Position numbers and translations under genes: made by a program. 64,000 bases of DNA from positions 576,001 to 640,000 of the forward strand of contig CAVYSY010000032.1 of the NCBI GenBank assembly GCA_963771175.1, given 5' to 3'. Source of the stretch: an uncultured delta proteobacterium (lineage in GTDB: Bacteria; Myxococcota; Myxococcia; Myxococcales; Myxococcaceae). This document shows positions 21,488 through 32,334 of the stretch, piece by piece. The notes beneath the pieces are model-generated. The model saw nothing but the letters and a program-made list of their open reading frames with translations. It had not been told where the DNA came from and ran no database searches. Positions within the stretch are counted from its first letter, which is position 1. Each line of letters starts with the position of its first letter.

Positions 21488-22236
21488 TTACTCGCCGGCC
21501 GGCGCGGGTTCGGGAATCTCGATGAGGCCCGCCCGGTCCAGCAGCTCGCGCACGCGCGTGGTGAAAGCCACGTGCTCGGGGTTGCTGGCCGTCATGGGCT
21601 CGGGGGAGAGCACGAGGAGCCAGCCCAGCGTGCCCACCGGCTCGATGCGCACGGGCGCGGGCAGTGGCGGCAGCTTGCCCCGCCGGCGCGACAGGTACGT
21701 CAGCCAGCCCACCCGCACCTCGAACCTGCCCTTCTCCACGAGGTCCACCATCTCGGCGGAGGTGGCCATGGCGAAGTCGGGGTCCCACGCCGTGGCCATG
21801 CTGGTGAGCACTTCGGCTCATCAGGACGGCGTCGCGCACCAGCCGCTCCCATACCGCGCCTCTCCCCGGTAGGGTTGGAGCAGGCACGAATTGGGCCCCC
21901 CCAGGGGAGTATTTGCCACAGGAGAAGTGGATGATGGATGGCCTCCTTCTTCGCGTTCCACACCCTCTGGCGGAAGCCCATGTCTTCGATGACTTCCTTG
22001 TCGACATCCGTGCGGTGCCTGCCCTTCAGGAAGAACTCCTCCAGCTCCTTCACCTCCGGGCGGACAGGCTGGCCCGGCAGCTCGCGGGGGAAGCCACGGC
22101 CCGCCCGGTACCACTGGGCGAACGACGGGTCACACCGCGCCAGCATGTGGAAGAAGAGCTCCGCGCGCCGGGCACACTCCAGCGCCGTCTCCTTCCGCGG
22201 ACCCCAGTACGCCCCCACGTAGTACCTCTCCTGCAT
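21488..22236 (-). CDS. Imm52-like immunity protein (several frameshifts ~21815-21930)
   Basis: YYVGAYWGPRKE, AWDPD, VGWLTYL, LPPLPAPVRIEPVG. Confidence 0.75.
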
Positions 22237-22249
22237 GCGTGCTCCTCCC

Positions 22250-23813
22250 CTACCGCGCTGGTCGCGTATGGCGGACGGTGATGTTGGTCCATCCTTCTCT
22301 CTCGAAGATTTCGCGAAGGAACTCCGCGACCTTGGCATCGGCGACATGCCAGGTCAGCGGCAGTCCCAACCGCGCGAGCCAGCTTCGATTGCTTCTCGGC
22401 TTGCTTCATCATCTCGTCGAACTTGCCGGAATTCTCGTACCAGTACTTGGGCGTGCCATCCGCGTTGAAGAAGGAGCAGTAGCCGGGGCCCTTGGCCTCC
22501 AGCAGTTCCTTGCCCCTGATGCCGTCGAACTCCACCTTCCCAATCATGTACACCCACCACGCGGGCCGCCCCGTCACCTGCTCCTGGTAGTCCAGGGAGT
22601 CCTTTGAATCGGTGGTGGGCTTCTTGTACGTCCACCTGCCGGGCCCCTGCGTCGCAGCCGTCTGGGTGGACTTCCCCGCCTTGCCGCTCCCGCCGCCAGT
22701 GTTTCCCGGGCCGCTGCTGGCCATGTGGAGGATGGAGAGCGCTCCCAGGTCCATGCCCACGGTGGCTGTCGTCGTGCCCCCCGCCACCACGACTCCGCCC
22801 AGCACCATCTCGCCCTCGGCCGTGAGCGACAGCACCGGCAGCTCCGCCCCGAGCCCGCCCAGGCGACCCACCGTGGCCTCCGCCCCCCCGAGCATCATGA
22901 TGATGTGCGTGGACAGGCGCGCCGCCTCGCGTATCTGGTCCTCTCGGGACATGGCGCCGTAGCGCGCGAAGTATTCGGGCGAGGAAGCAATGAGGAGCGC
23001 CACCGTGGTGGGCAGTTGCGCAAGCTCCTCGACGGTGCGGATGGGGTGGAGGATGGACTGGGCCAGCGCCACCGCCATCTCCCCCATGGCCAGCTCGGCC
23101 CCGTCGAGCGCGGCGTTGAGCGGGTCCCTCCCCAGACCCAGCTCCGCCAGGGGCGGGCTGTCCGCGCGACGCAGGGCCTCGGTGACCGGGTAGAAGACGC
23201 CACCGCGCGAGAAGTAGAAGGCACCCACCCGAAGCCGGCCCACCTTCCACTCGCCCTCCACCAGCTCGAGCGGACCCATGCGCTGAATGGGGGTGCCGGT
23301 GAGCGCGGCCACCAGGTAGCCGTCCGGACGCACCAGCACCAGCAGCCAGAAGCGCTCGGCACGCCACTTCAAATCGGCGTACTCCACCCGCTCGCCGCCT
23401 TCGAGCACCTCGCGCAGCAGCCACGACAGCACCCGGTGCGGGGCGAAGCTCCTCTGCGTCACGGGCGTCTTCGCCAGCCGGCCCAGCAGTTGGCGCGCTT
23501 GTTCCACGTAGAGCGCCGCGCCCGCCGGGTGCCGCGCCTCTTCCTCCAGGCCGCTCGCCTCCTGCACCACCTGGAAGGCATCCGCCATCTGCTCGGGGAA
23601 ACCACCCCCGCCTCCCTCCGCCTCCACTGGCGCGGGAGTGACTGCCACTTGTCGAGGGCCGGAGCTGTCACGCGACGAAGCGGGCCGCGAGTGGAGGCCG
23701 AAGCCGCTCACCAGACTCCCGCGCGGATGGCCCGTGGCGCACCCTTCGAGGAGCACGAGCGCGACCAGGGCCAGGAGGACCAGGCCGCGCGAGCCAACAA
23801 GACGAGTGGACAT
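22250..23813 (-). CDS. Lipoprotein polymorphic toxin with C-terminal Tox-REase-5 nuclease (frameshift ~22375)
   Basis: Lipobox LEGC; YQEQVTG, EFDG...LLEAKGPGY, WHVA in alternate frame; upstream of the Imm52-like gene. Confidence 0.8.
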
Positions 23814-23952
23814 GCTGCATCTCCCCCCAGCCTCATGGGCTGAAAACCGACCCCCACGAGTCTCCGGGAAATGCAACCGGCCATGTCAATGAATGCGTGC
23901 GGCATTGGCTCCGCCGCCTGGAGCCTCACGACGGCGGAGCTCCCTCCGGCCT

Positions 23953-26900
23953 CTACCCGCCGAAGACGTCGGCGAGGTAGCGCTGCTGATGCTCCAGCTC
24001 GCGCAGCCAGGCGGCGGCCTCCTCCGCTGTGCAGCCGGTCCGCTCCTGGTGGATACGGGCCACGGTCTCGCGCACCGCGGGCGCCATGTAGCGGCCGTCT
24101 CCGCAGACGTAGAGGCGCGCCCCCGCGTCGAGCAGTGCCCCCACCCGCTCCCGCTCCGCCCACAACCGGTGCTGCACGAACGTCACGCCCTCGCGCTCCT
24201 GCCGGAAGAAGGCCGGGAACACCTCCACCACTCCCCGGGCTTGCCACGCCTCCAGCTCCTCGCGGTAGAGGAAGTCCACATCGGGGTGGTCGCACCCGAA
24301 GAACAACAGGGCCTTTCCGAGCGACGTGCCCCGCTCGGCCAGCCCGGCCCGCTCCTGGATGAACCCACGGAAGGGCGCGAGCCCCGTGCCCGCGCCAATC
24401 ATCACGACGGGGACGCTGGGGTCCTCGGGCGGCCGGAACGGGGAGTGCGGCTCCCGGATGACGGCCGGAATCCGCGTGCCCGGCTCGACGCGCGCGAGGT
24501 AGTTGGAGCACGTGCCCCGGTAGCGGCCCCGCCCCGACAACGCCGGCGCATCGAGGACCGCGACGGTGATGGAACAACGCTCCGGCGTCTCCAGCGGCGA
24601 GGAGGAGATGGAGTAGCGGCGCGGCTTCATCGGAGGCAGCAGCTCCAGGAACACCCCGAACGGGAGCTCGCAGGCGGGGAAGTCCTCCAGCAGGTCGAGC
24701 ACGCTCACCCGCTTGTCGAGCACCTGCTTCCGGTACTCCTCCGGGTCCGCACCGCCCTCGCCCGCCAGCGCGAGCAGCCGCTTCTTCTCGGGCGGGCACG
24801 CGGTGTACTTCGCCAGCAACTGGAGGTCTCTCCTCGTGGCGGGCGCCGACAGCTCCACGTAGAAGCCGAGAAGCGCGCGCACCATCACGGGACTGTCGAG
24901 CGGCAGCGTGCTCTGATCCTCCCGCGTGCGCCGGATGAGCACCGTCTCCGCCGGGTCCAGCTTGAAGCGCCGTGCCGCCCGCTCCACCTGCTCGGGCGCG
25001 TTCTCGGGGAGCACCGCGAGGTGGTCTCCCGTCCGGTACGACATCCCCTCGGGCAGCCGCACCTCGAGGTGACGCTTCGAGCGGCCGAAGGGGGACGTCA
25101 CGTCCACGAGCTCGCGGTTGGCCACCACCTCCACCGGCACCACGCCATGGGCGGTCTCCAGCGGATCCACCGTCTTGTCGAGCCGCTCCACCTCGTAGCG
25201 AGGCGCCTGGCTCGTCTCCGCCGTCTCCACCCCGAACGCCTCGCCCAGCGTGGGCCACACGCCCTGGTACCAGCCGTCGAAGTCACCGAAGAAGTCGGCG
25301 CGCGCGTCCGCCTCGCCCCGGGTGAGCATCCGCTGCGCACCCGCGGCGGCCAGACGCTCGTCCACGCGCTTCGGTACGGACTGCCACGTCGCGGCCCAGT
25401 CCCGGTTGCCGCAGCCGAACACCGCGTAGCTCACGCCCTCGAGCGCTCCGGGCTGGAGCTCCTCCAGCCACTGGCAGAACGCCTTCGCGTTGTCCGGCGG
25501 GTGGCCGTTGTAGGAGGCCGTCACGATGATGACGGCGCCCTCCCGAGGCAGGCGCCCGACGTAGGAGTCCATCGTCGCGACGGTGGGCGCGTAGCCCTGC
25601 ACCCCCGCGTCACTCGCGATGCGCTGGGCGAAGGCCTCCGACGAGCCCATGTTCGAGCCGTACAGCACGAGCAGGGGTGTGCCGTGCCGCGCCACGGGGC
25701 CGGAGGTCCAGGTCGGCTTCGCCGGGGCAGCCGGGGTGGCCGGCCGCAGGTCCACCACCGTCCGCTCGCCGTCGCCGCGCGGACGCACGCGCATCCGGAA
25801 GTCCTCCGGCTTGAGCGTCAGCGTCTCCTTGATGCGAAGCTGGTACCGGGTGTGGTCGATGAGTTGGAAGCGCTGCAGCAGCATGGCGAGCACCAGCGTC
25901 GCCTCCTGCATGGCGAACTGGCGGCCGATGCACGCGCGCTGCCCGTTACCGAAGGGCTTCCACGCGTTGGGCGGACGCGCCGCGACGGCCTCGGGGGTGA
26001 ACCGGTCCGGGTCGAAGCGCTCCGGCTCCGGCCAGACCTCCGGGTCCCGGTGCAGCATCGGCGTGAGGACCATGAGCGGCTCGCCCTTTCGCAGCGGCCA
26101 GGTGCCACCCAGAACCGTGTCCTCGCGCGGACGAAGGGTGAAGGCGGGCGCCGTGGGCCACAGGCGCAAGCTCTCCCGGAGCACCTGCTCCAGGTAGGGG
26201 AGCTGGTGCATCTGCTCGAAGGTGGGGCGCCGCGACGGGTCCCTCCCGAGCACCCGGTCCACCTCGGCGGTGGCGCGCGCGAGCACGTCGGGGTGCTTGA
26301 GGAGGTGGTAGAGCGTGAAGGACAGCAGCCCGCTCGTCGTCTCGTGGCCGGCGATGAGGAACGTCACCACCTGGTTGCGGATGTTGAGGTCGTCGAGCCC
26401 CTGGCCGCTCACCGGGTCCACCCCCTGGAGCATGAGGCTGAGCAGATCCTTGCGCGCGGTGGCATCCCCGGAGCGGCGGCGCTCGCGGATGACCTGATCC
26501 ACCACCTCGTGCATGTACACGATGTCGCGCTGGTACTGCTGCCGCGTCATCAGCATCAGCCGCGTCTGCAGGGGCAGCCGCCGGGTGCGATCTCCCGCCT
26601 CGGCGAGTCCACGCACCATGGCATCCACGAAGGGGTGCATCTCGCGCTGGTAGAAGCTGTTGAAGCGGTAGCCGAACCCGCAGAGCGCGATGGTGTCGAG
26701 CGTCAGCCGCGTCATGTTGTCGGGCACGTCGAGGTCCGCCTCGGGACCGAGCCGCTCCCACTTCTCCATGAGCTGCTCGGCGATATCGAGCATCAGGTCG
26801 AAGTAGCCGCGCATCGCCTGGGCTCCGAAGGCGGGCAGCAGGATGCGGTGCGCGCGCTCCCAGTTGGGTTCCTCGGTGTGCGCGGTGAAGAGCCCGTCCC

Positions 26901-27162
26901 CGGCGAAGTCGCGGATGTTGTTCAGCGCGACGCTGATGAGCTTGTCGAAGCGCTTCTCGTCGCACACCTCATCCACCAACTCATGGGAGCCGAGGACGAG
27001 GAGGGACCTGCCCGGAAAGGCCAGCCGGAAGAGCGGACCGTGCTCGCGGCTCAGCCGCATCATCGACTGGATGGGCGTCTCCGCCTCCAGGTCGGGGATG
27101 TTGCCCACCAGGGGGCGGGGGCGGGGCTGCGGGATGGACGCCTTGGCCGAGGCTGTGCGCAT
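23953..27162 (-). CDS. Bifunctional cytochrome P450/NADPH-P450 reductase (CYP102/BM3-like)
   Basis: AGHETT, ESLR, FGNGQRACIG heme motif, LYGSNMGS flavodoxin, RRYSISSSP, GTGLAPFRGF. Confidence 0.95.
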   Translation of the reverse strand: MRTASAKASIPQPRPRPLVGNIPDLEAETPIQSMMRLSREHGPLFRLAFPGRSLLVLGSHELVDEVCDEKRFDKLISVALNNIRDFAGDGLFTAHTEEPNWERAHRILLPAFGAQAMRGYFDLMLDIAEQLMEKWERLGPEADLDVPDNMTRLTLDTIALCGFGYRFNSFYQREMHPFVDAMVRGLAEAGDRTRRLPLQTRLMLMTRQQYQRDIVYMHEVVDQVIRERRRSGDATARKDLLSLMLQGVDPVSGQGLDDLNIRNQVVTFLIAGHETTSGLLSFTLYHLLKHPDVLARATAEVDRVLGRDPSRRPTFEQMHQLPYLEQVLRESLRLWPTAPAFTLRPREDTVLGGTWPLRKGEPLMVLTPMLHRDPEVWPEPERFDPDRFTPEAVAARPPNAWKPFGNGQRACIGRQFAMQEATLVLAMLLQRFQLIDHTRYQLRIKETLTLKPEDFRMRVRPRGDGERTVVDLRPATPAAPAKPTWTSGPVARHGTPLLVLYGSNMGSSEAFAQRIASDAGVQGYAPTVATMDSYVGRLPREGAVIIVTASYNGHPPDNAKAFCQWLEELQPGALEGVSYAVFGCGNRDWAATWQSVPKRVDERLAAAGAQRMLTRGEADARADFFGDFDGWYQGVWPTLGEAFGVETAETSQAPRYEVERLDKTVDPLETAHGVVPVEVVANRELVDVTSPFGRSKRHLEVRLPEGMSYRTGDHLAVLPENAPEQVERAARRFKLDPAETVLIRRTREDQSTLPLDSPVMVRALLGFYVELSAPATRRDLQLLAKYTACPPEKKRLLALAGEGGADPEEYRKQVLDKRVSVLDLLEDFPACELPFGVFLELLPPMKPRRYSISSSPLETPERCSITVAVLDAPALSGRGRYRGTCSNYLARVEPGTRIPAVIREPHSPFRPPEDPSVPVVMIGAGTGLAPFRGFIQERAGLAERGTSLGKALLFFGCDHPDVDFLYREELEAWQARGVVEVFPAFFRQEREGVTFVQHRLWAERERVGALLDAGARLYVCGDGRYMAPAVRETVARIHQERTGCTAEEAAAWLRELEHQQRYLADVFGG

Positions 27163-27186
27163 GCGGGGATCTCCTGTCCCAAGGGA

Positions 27187-27219
27187 CTTATATGTCAATA
27201 AGCCTTATCGAGCTATAAG
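27187..27219. promoter_or_regulatory. Tandem palindromic operator, 2 x CTTAT-N6-ATAAG
   Basis: CTTATatgtcaATAAG c CTTATcgagctATAAG, 25 nt upstream of the P450 start, next to a TetR gene. Confidence 0.65.
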
Positions 27220-27318
27220 CACCCGGACGCGGCGCGTCAACCGGGACAGCCTGAAGACAGGAGTGGAGTGCCTGGCGGGCAGGTGTGCTGCCGTCTTGCC
27301 TGCCGCTCGGGCCGAGGC

Positions 27319-27969
27319 TTACTCCTGCTTGCGACGGGACGAGCGAGGCTTCCGCTCGGTCGGCCGCTCGCCCGGGGCCGGGGGGGAGAGGAGGCCCTGC
27401 ATCACCAGCTCCACGACGAACTCGGCGTACTGACTGATGGTGCGCTCGTCCCTCACATCCATCCCGAAGGCACGCCGGGCCGTCTCGGGCTCGGCGAAGG
27501 CCTGGGTGCTCGCGCCGATGATGGCGAAGTAGGCGAAGCGCCAGTCGATGGGGCGGATCGTCCCGTCCTCCACCGCGGCGGAGAGCTCGCGCTGGAGGAA
27601 GGACCGCGGCTCCGAGAGCCACTCCTCGAAGAGGGCCTCGAAGGACGAGCCTCCCGCGCTGCTCTCGGTGCGGATGAGGCGGGCGAGCTCCGGGCGGCGG
27701 CCATTGAAGGACACATAGGCCCGCAGCAGGTGCGCCAGGCGGGTGGCCCGATCGGCCCCCTCCACCTCTCGCATGGCCTGTCCGAGCACCTCGTGGAACT
27801 CCTGGAAGAGCGCCTCGAGGACGGCGTTCCAGAGGCCCTGCTTCGAGCCGAAGTGGTGGTGCACCAGCGGCTGCGTGACTCCGGCCAGCCGGGCGATGCC
27901 CGCCGTTGTCGCCCCCGAGTAGCCGCGGTTCGCGAACTCCCGGGTCGCCGCGGACAGGATCTTCCGCAC
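27319..27969 (-). CDS. TetR/AcrR family transcriptional regulator (true start may be near 28000)
   Basis: HTH motif GYSGATTAGIARLAGVTQPLVHHHFGSKQGL. Confidence 0.9.
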   Translation of the reverse strand: MRKILSAATREFANRGYSGATTAGIARLAGVTQPLVHHHFGSKQGLWNAVLEALFQEFHEVLGQAMREVEGADRATRLAHLLRAYVSFNGRRPELARLIRTESSAGGSSFEALFEEWLSEPRSFLQRELSAAVEDGTIRPIDWRFAYFAIIGASTQAFAEPETARRAFGMDVRDERTISQYAEFVVELVMQGLLSPPAPGERPTERKPRSSRRKQE

Positions 27970-28061
27970 GACCGCTTCCTGCGAGGTGGTGCTTGCTCAC
28001 AACCCCATGGTGCGGGCTCGCGCGCCCGCTGGCCAGTCCCCCGCGACCGCCAGGGGCTTTC

Positions 28062-28745
28062 TCATGAGCCGAGGCGCCTGCGCAGGGTGCGGATGGCCCA
28101 TGCGCTGAAGAGGATTCCGAACGTGCCCAGGCCCAGGAGCAGGAAGGTGCGCTGCTCGAGGAGGCTCTGGCCGAGGTAGACCGTGCCCACCGCGTACGGA
28201 AGCTCCGCGAGCGCGAGGACGAGCAGATACCTGCGGAGCCCGTAGCGCGCCAGACCGAGCACGTAGCCAGGAATCTCGGAGGGGACCGCCAACTGGAAGA
28301 GGAGCACCAGGCCGAAGGAGGAGTGCCGGGAGATGCGCTCCTCGTAGTGGGCGAGCACACGGTCGGAGGCGAACCGGCGGACCACCGGCCGGCCCCAGAA
28401 CCGGGCGATGCCGTAGGCGCAGGCGCCGCCCAACATCCATCCGCCCCAGAGCAGGAGCACGCAGACGGCCTCCCCCCAGGTGTGGAGGGCCACGGGCAGC
28501 AGCACCGCGCTGGAGAAGAAGGCCAGCATGGCCGAGAGCGCGGACAGCAGGATGAAGAGCGACACGCCCCAGAAGGGGTGCTCGGCGATGACCGGCTCGG
28601 CCTTCACGAGGACCCGTTGCAGGGTGGACTGGAAGGCCTCGGACGACGCGAGGAGGGCCAGGCCGATGAGGAGCAGCCCGAGGAAGAGCGCTCGCGCCCA
28701 CCCGTTCGGCAGTCGGTGTGTCCGGCGCATGAAGGCCATGCGCAA
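28062..28745 (-). CDS. TVP38/TMEM64 (DedA/VTT) family membrane protein
   Basis: Hydrophobic profile, YGIARFWGR, PSEIPGYVLGL. Confidence 0.75.
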   Translation of the reverse strand: MRMAFMRRTHRLPNGWARALFLGLLLIGLALLASSEAFQSTLQRVLVKAEPVIAEHPFWGVSLFILLSALSAMLAFFSSAVLLPVALHTWGEAVCVLLLWGGWMLGGACAYGIARFWGRPVVRRFASDRVLAHYEERISRHSSFGLVLLFQLAVPSEIPGYVLGLARYGLRRYLLVLALAELPYAVGTVYLGQSLLEQRTFLLLGLGTFGILFSAWAIRTLRRRLGS

Positions 28746-28795
28746 GCACTACCCGGAAAGCCGCGTCAGCGCACGGCCCCCGGGACGGAACCGTC

Positions 28796-30202
28796 TTACT
28801 GCGACAGCTTGGCCTGCAGGGACGCGCGGGCGGCGTAGTCCGGCGCGGAGGCCGCCAGCTTCGACCAGAGCGCCTTCGCGCCCTTCAGGTCGCCCTTGGC
28901 CTTCAGCGCCTCGCCGAGCTGATCCACCGCCGCGGGGTCCGAGCCCACCGCCACGCCCCACACCCGGTCCGCCGTGGGCTTGCCCAGGCCGACGAGCGTC
29001 CATGCCAGGCCCGCCTTCACCCGCCCGTCCGGACGCAGCGGCATCACCTGCCGGTACGCCTGCAGCGCCTCGTCGAAGCGACCCTTCGCCAGCAGCTCCT
29101 CGCCCTGCTCCACCGTCTTCGTGAGCTGGGCCTCGAGCTCCGGCGTGTGCTCGACGTTCTGCATCGCCTGCATCGTCTCTTGCGAGATGGTGGGCGCCGC
29201 CGTGTCACCGCCACCGGCCATCGGGCCACCGGCCGCGCCGGCCATCGGGCCCTGCGCCATCATCGGCTGCGGCGAGAGGTCGAGCTTCGTGGCGCGGATG
29301 CGCCGGTCCTCGGCGCGCGAGGCCAGCAGCTTCTTCATGCCACCAGCCTTCACCGTATCCTCCGTCATGCGGCTCAGCTTGCGCGCCAGCGATGCCCGCG
29401 CCGAGTCCGGGTGCGCGGCGAGGAAGGCCTCGAAGCCCTCGTGGGCCGACTGCAGCGCCTTCAGGTCCTCGCCCTTCGTCTCGTACAGAAGCGCCGAGCG
29501 CCCGAAGAGCGCGTCCGCGGACGAGGGCGCCACCTCCAGCACCCGCTCGTACACCACCAGCGCGCCCGCCGCGTCACCGGAGAGGAACATCGCGTTGGCG
29601 CGCATCGACTCCAACTCCAGCACCGGATCCAGCGCCGCGCGCGAACAGGCCGCCGCTCCCGCGGTGTCGCCCTTCTTCGCGCGCTCCGCGGCCGTCGTCG
29701 ACATGGACTCCATGGGCGTCTCCGCCGAGAAGCCGCAGTTGGCCTCCGCCGCGCCCGGCACCGCACCCTTGCCCAGCTTCTTGCGCTGCGCCAGGAACAG
29801 CTCGCGCACGTCCTTCGCCTTCTGCTCCGCCTGGAGGAAGTAGGGGATGGCGTCCGTGGGTCGGCCGTTCGTGTAGTAGAGCTTGCCGAGCGAAGAGGCG
29901 ATCTCGAACGTCTTCTCCCGCTCGCGCAGGCCCTGCATCTGGTCGAGCTGCTTGAGCAGCTCCTCGGCGGAGGGCGGCGCCCGGCCATTCATCGGCGGGT
30001 GGCCCTCGGGCATCTGCCCCGAAGGCGGGGCGGCGGACTGCGCCGGGTCGAGGGACGGGTGTCCCGCGGGCATCGCCCCCATGCTCCCGGGAGCAGCGGC
30101 CGTCGGCTGGGTCCCCGAGCCGAGGGGGGGGTGCCCGGCGGGCAGGTTGGAGGGCTCGGCGGCGAGCAGGGCCGCGGTGGCCAGGGCGAGGGAGAGGGTC
30201 AT
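28796..30202 (-). CDS. Secreted TPR-repeat protein with N-terminal PxGHP repeats
   Basis: Signal peptide; TPR-like helices (LGKLYY, YERVLEVAP). Confidence 0.7.
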   Translation of the reverse strand: MTLSLALATAALLAAEPSNLPAGHPPLGSGTQPTAAAPGSMGAMPAGHPSLDPAQSAAPPSGQMPEGHPPMNGRAPPSAEELLKQLDQMQGLREREKTFEIASSLGKLYYTNGRPTDAIPYFLQAEQKAKDVRELFLAQRKKLGKGAVPGAAEANCGFSAETPMESMSTTAAERAKKGDTAGAAACSRAALDPVLELESMRANAMFLSGDAAGALVVYERVLEVAPSSADALFGRSALLYETKGEDLKALQSAHEGFEAFLAAHPDSARASLARKLSRMTEDTVKAGGMKKLLASRAEDRRIRATKLDLSPQPMMAQGPMAGAAGGPMAGGGDTAAPTISQETMQAMQNVEHTPELEAQLTKTVEQGEELLAKGRFDEALQAYRQVMPLRPDGRVKAGLAWTLVGLGKPTADRVWGVAVGSDPAAVDQLGEALKAKGDLKGAKALWSKLAASAPDYAARASLQAKLSQ

Positions 30203-30726
30203 TACTCGGTTACCGGGGAGAGGGTTTCAGGCCACTGGGTGGCAAGGCAGCGGCGCACATCCTGGGGGTCGAGCTGCGTGAGCAACTCCTGCACCGTCAT
30301 CCCCAGCACCGGGTGCTCGGCCTCGGGGGCGAGCTCGGCCAGGGGCTCCAGGGCGAAGCGACGCTTGTGCAGCTCCAGATGCGGCACCTGGAGGTTGGGG
30401 TCCGCGACGATCTCTCCGTCCCACAGGAGGATGTCGAGGTCAATGGGGCGCGGGCCCCAGCGCTGACCCCCCGGATGACGACCGAGGTCGCGCTCTATCT
30501 GCTTCAGGATGCAGAGCAGCCGCTGGGGAGGCAGCGAGCACTCCAACGCGACCACGGCGTTGAGGTAGTGCGGCTGGGGAGGGCCCACGGGGGCACTCTC
30601 GAACAGGGAGGAGCAGCGAAGGACCGCCACTGCATCGATGCGGGACATCGCATCCAGGGCGGAGACGAGTTGGGCTTCGCGGTCTCCCTGATTGGAGCCC
30701 AGCCCTACGTAGACGATGGCGCTCAA
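30202..30726 (-). CDS. folK: 2-amino-4-hydroxy-6-hydroxymethyldihydropteridine pyrophosphokinase
   Basis: [25 protein letters not shown]. Confidence 0.95.
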   Translation of the reverse strand: MSAIVYVGLGSNQGDREAQLVSALDAMSRIDAVAVLRCSSLFESAPVGPPQPHYLNAVVALECSLPPQRLLCILKQIERDLGRHPGGQRWGPRPIDLDILLWDGEIVADPNLQVPHLELHKRRFALEPLAELAPEAEHPVLGMTVQELLTQLDPQDVRRCLATQWPETLSPVTE

Positions 30727-31490
30727 GGCTCCATCTCAACAGGATTGGTCAGGGTCCCGATTCCCTCGATTTCCACTTCCACCGTGTCGCCGACCTCCAG
30801 CCGGCCCACGCCCGAGGGCGTCCCCGTGCTGATGAGGTCGCCTGGCAGGAGGGTCATGATGTGGGAGATGAAGGACACCAGCCGGGCGGGGCTGAAAATC
30901 ATGTCCGAGGTGCGGCTGTCCTGTCGCACCTGACCATTCACCCGGCAGAGGATGCGCAGGTCCGCCGGGGACAGCCCGGTGACGACCCAGGGCCCGGTGC
31001 AGGCGAAGGTGTCGTAGCTCTTGGCGCGGGTGTGCTGCACCTCGCGGCGCTGGATGTCGCGCGCCGTCACGTCGTTGATGCAGGTGAGGCCCCAGATGGC
31101 GCGGGCGGCGGTGGCCTCGTCCACGTTCTTCAGGCGCTCGCCGATGAGCAGGCCCAGCTCCGCCTCGTAATGCACTTCCTGGCTCGCCTTGGGGATGCGG
31201 ATGGGCGAGCGGTGCGCGTTGAGCGCGGTGGAGGGCTTCATGAAGATGAGGGGCTCGGGCGGGACGGGCTTGCCCATCTCCTCGGCGTGCTTGCGGTAGT
31301 TCTGCCCGATGCACACCACCTTCGAGGCCTCGGAGGGCACCAGCAGCGTCACCGCGCGCAGCGCCACCCGCCGACCCGTGTCCTCTCCGCCGGCCCACGG
31401 CGCGCCGGAGAGCACCGCCACCTCTTCTCCCTCGATGCGGCCGAAGTGCGCCCGGCCCTCGAGCTGGAAACGGCAATAACGCGTCGTCAT
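30723..31490 (-). CDS. Fumarylacetoacetate hydrolase family protein
   Basis: [28 protein letters not shown]. Confidence 0.9.
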   Translation of the reverse strand: MTTRYCRFQLEGRAHFGRIEGEEVAVLSGAPWAGGEDTGRRVALRAVTLLVPSEASKVVCIGQNYRKHAEEMGKPVPPEPLIFMKPSTALNAHRSPIRIPKASQEVHYEAELGLLIGERLKNVDEATAARAIWGLTCINDVTARDIQRREVQHTRAKSYDTFACTGPWVVTGLSPADLRILCRVNGQVRQDSRTSDMIFSPARLVSFISHIMTLLPGDLISTGTPSGVGRLEVGDTVEVEIEGIGTLTNPVEMEP

Positions 31491-32307
31491 GCGCTCCTCT
31501 GGAAGCCGAGCACGTCGGCCATGTCGTAGAGCCCCGGAGCACGGCCCGTCACCCAGCGCGCGGCCCGCAGCGCCCCGAGGCCGAACTGGTCCCGGTTCGT
31601 GGCCCGGTGGGTCAGCTCGATGCGCTCGCCCTCTCCGAGGAAGTACACGGTGTGCTCGCCCACGACGTCCCCGCCGCGCAGCGTCTGCACGCCAATCTCC
31701 TTCTTCGGGCGCGCCCCAATCTGCCCGTGCCGCTCGAAGGTCAGATCCTCCGTGCCCGCGCCCCAGCGCCGAGGCGAGCACCTCGGCCAGCTTCAGCGCC
31801 GTGCCCGAGGGCGCGTCCTTCTTCATCCGGTGGTGCGCCTCGAGCACCTCCACGTCGTAGCCCTCGCCCAGCACCCGGGCCAGCTCGGCGGCCATGCGGA
31901 TGACCACGTTCACGCCCACGGAGGTGTTGGGGGCCAGCACCACGGGGATGGACTTCGCGCTGGCGGCCAGCTCGGCACGGGACTCGGGGGTGAAGCCGGT
32001 GGAGCCGATGACCATGGCCACGCCGCGCTCGGCGCACTGGCGCGCGTGGGCCACGCTGGCCTCCGCGCTGGTGAAGTCGATGACCACCTGCGCCCGTCCC
32101 ACGTCGAGCACCCGGCCGAGGTCATCGCCCACGGTGAGGCCAAGCGAGGTCGCCCAGGCGCGCGGCCTGCCCGGCGTCCTGGCCCACGGCGGTCGAGCCC
32201 GTGCGCGCGGTGGCTCCGGCCAGCTCCAGGTCCTGCGCGTCGCGGACGAGGCGCAGCAGGGTGCTGCCCATGCGACCGGTGACGCCGGTGATGACGGTGC
32301 GGATCAT
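31487..32307 (-). CDS. dapB: 4-hydroxy-tetrahydrodipicolinate reductase (frameshifts ~32135, ~31755)
   Basis: [35 protein letters not shown]. Confidence 0.92.
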
Positions 32308-32334
32308 GGTGTCCTCGGCCCCGTGACTCCGGGT

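Noticed and set aside
18825..23813. Prophage or IS element
   Set aside because: No integrase, transposase or phage structural genes, and no terminal repeats found
30723..32132. DapB-FAH fusion protein shown in the ORF track
   Set aside because: Produced by a dapB frameshift; the FAH gene has its own ATG at 31490
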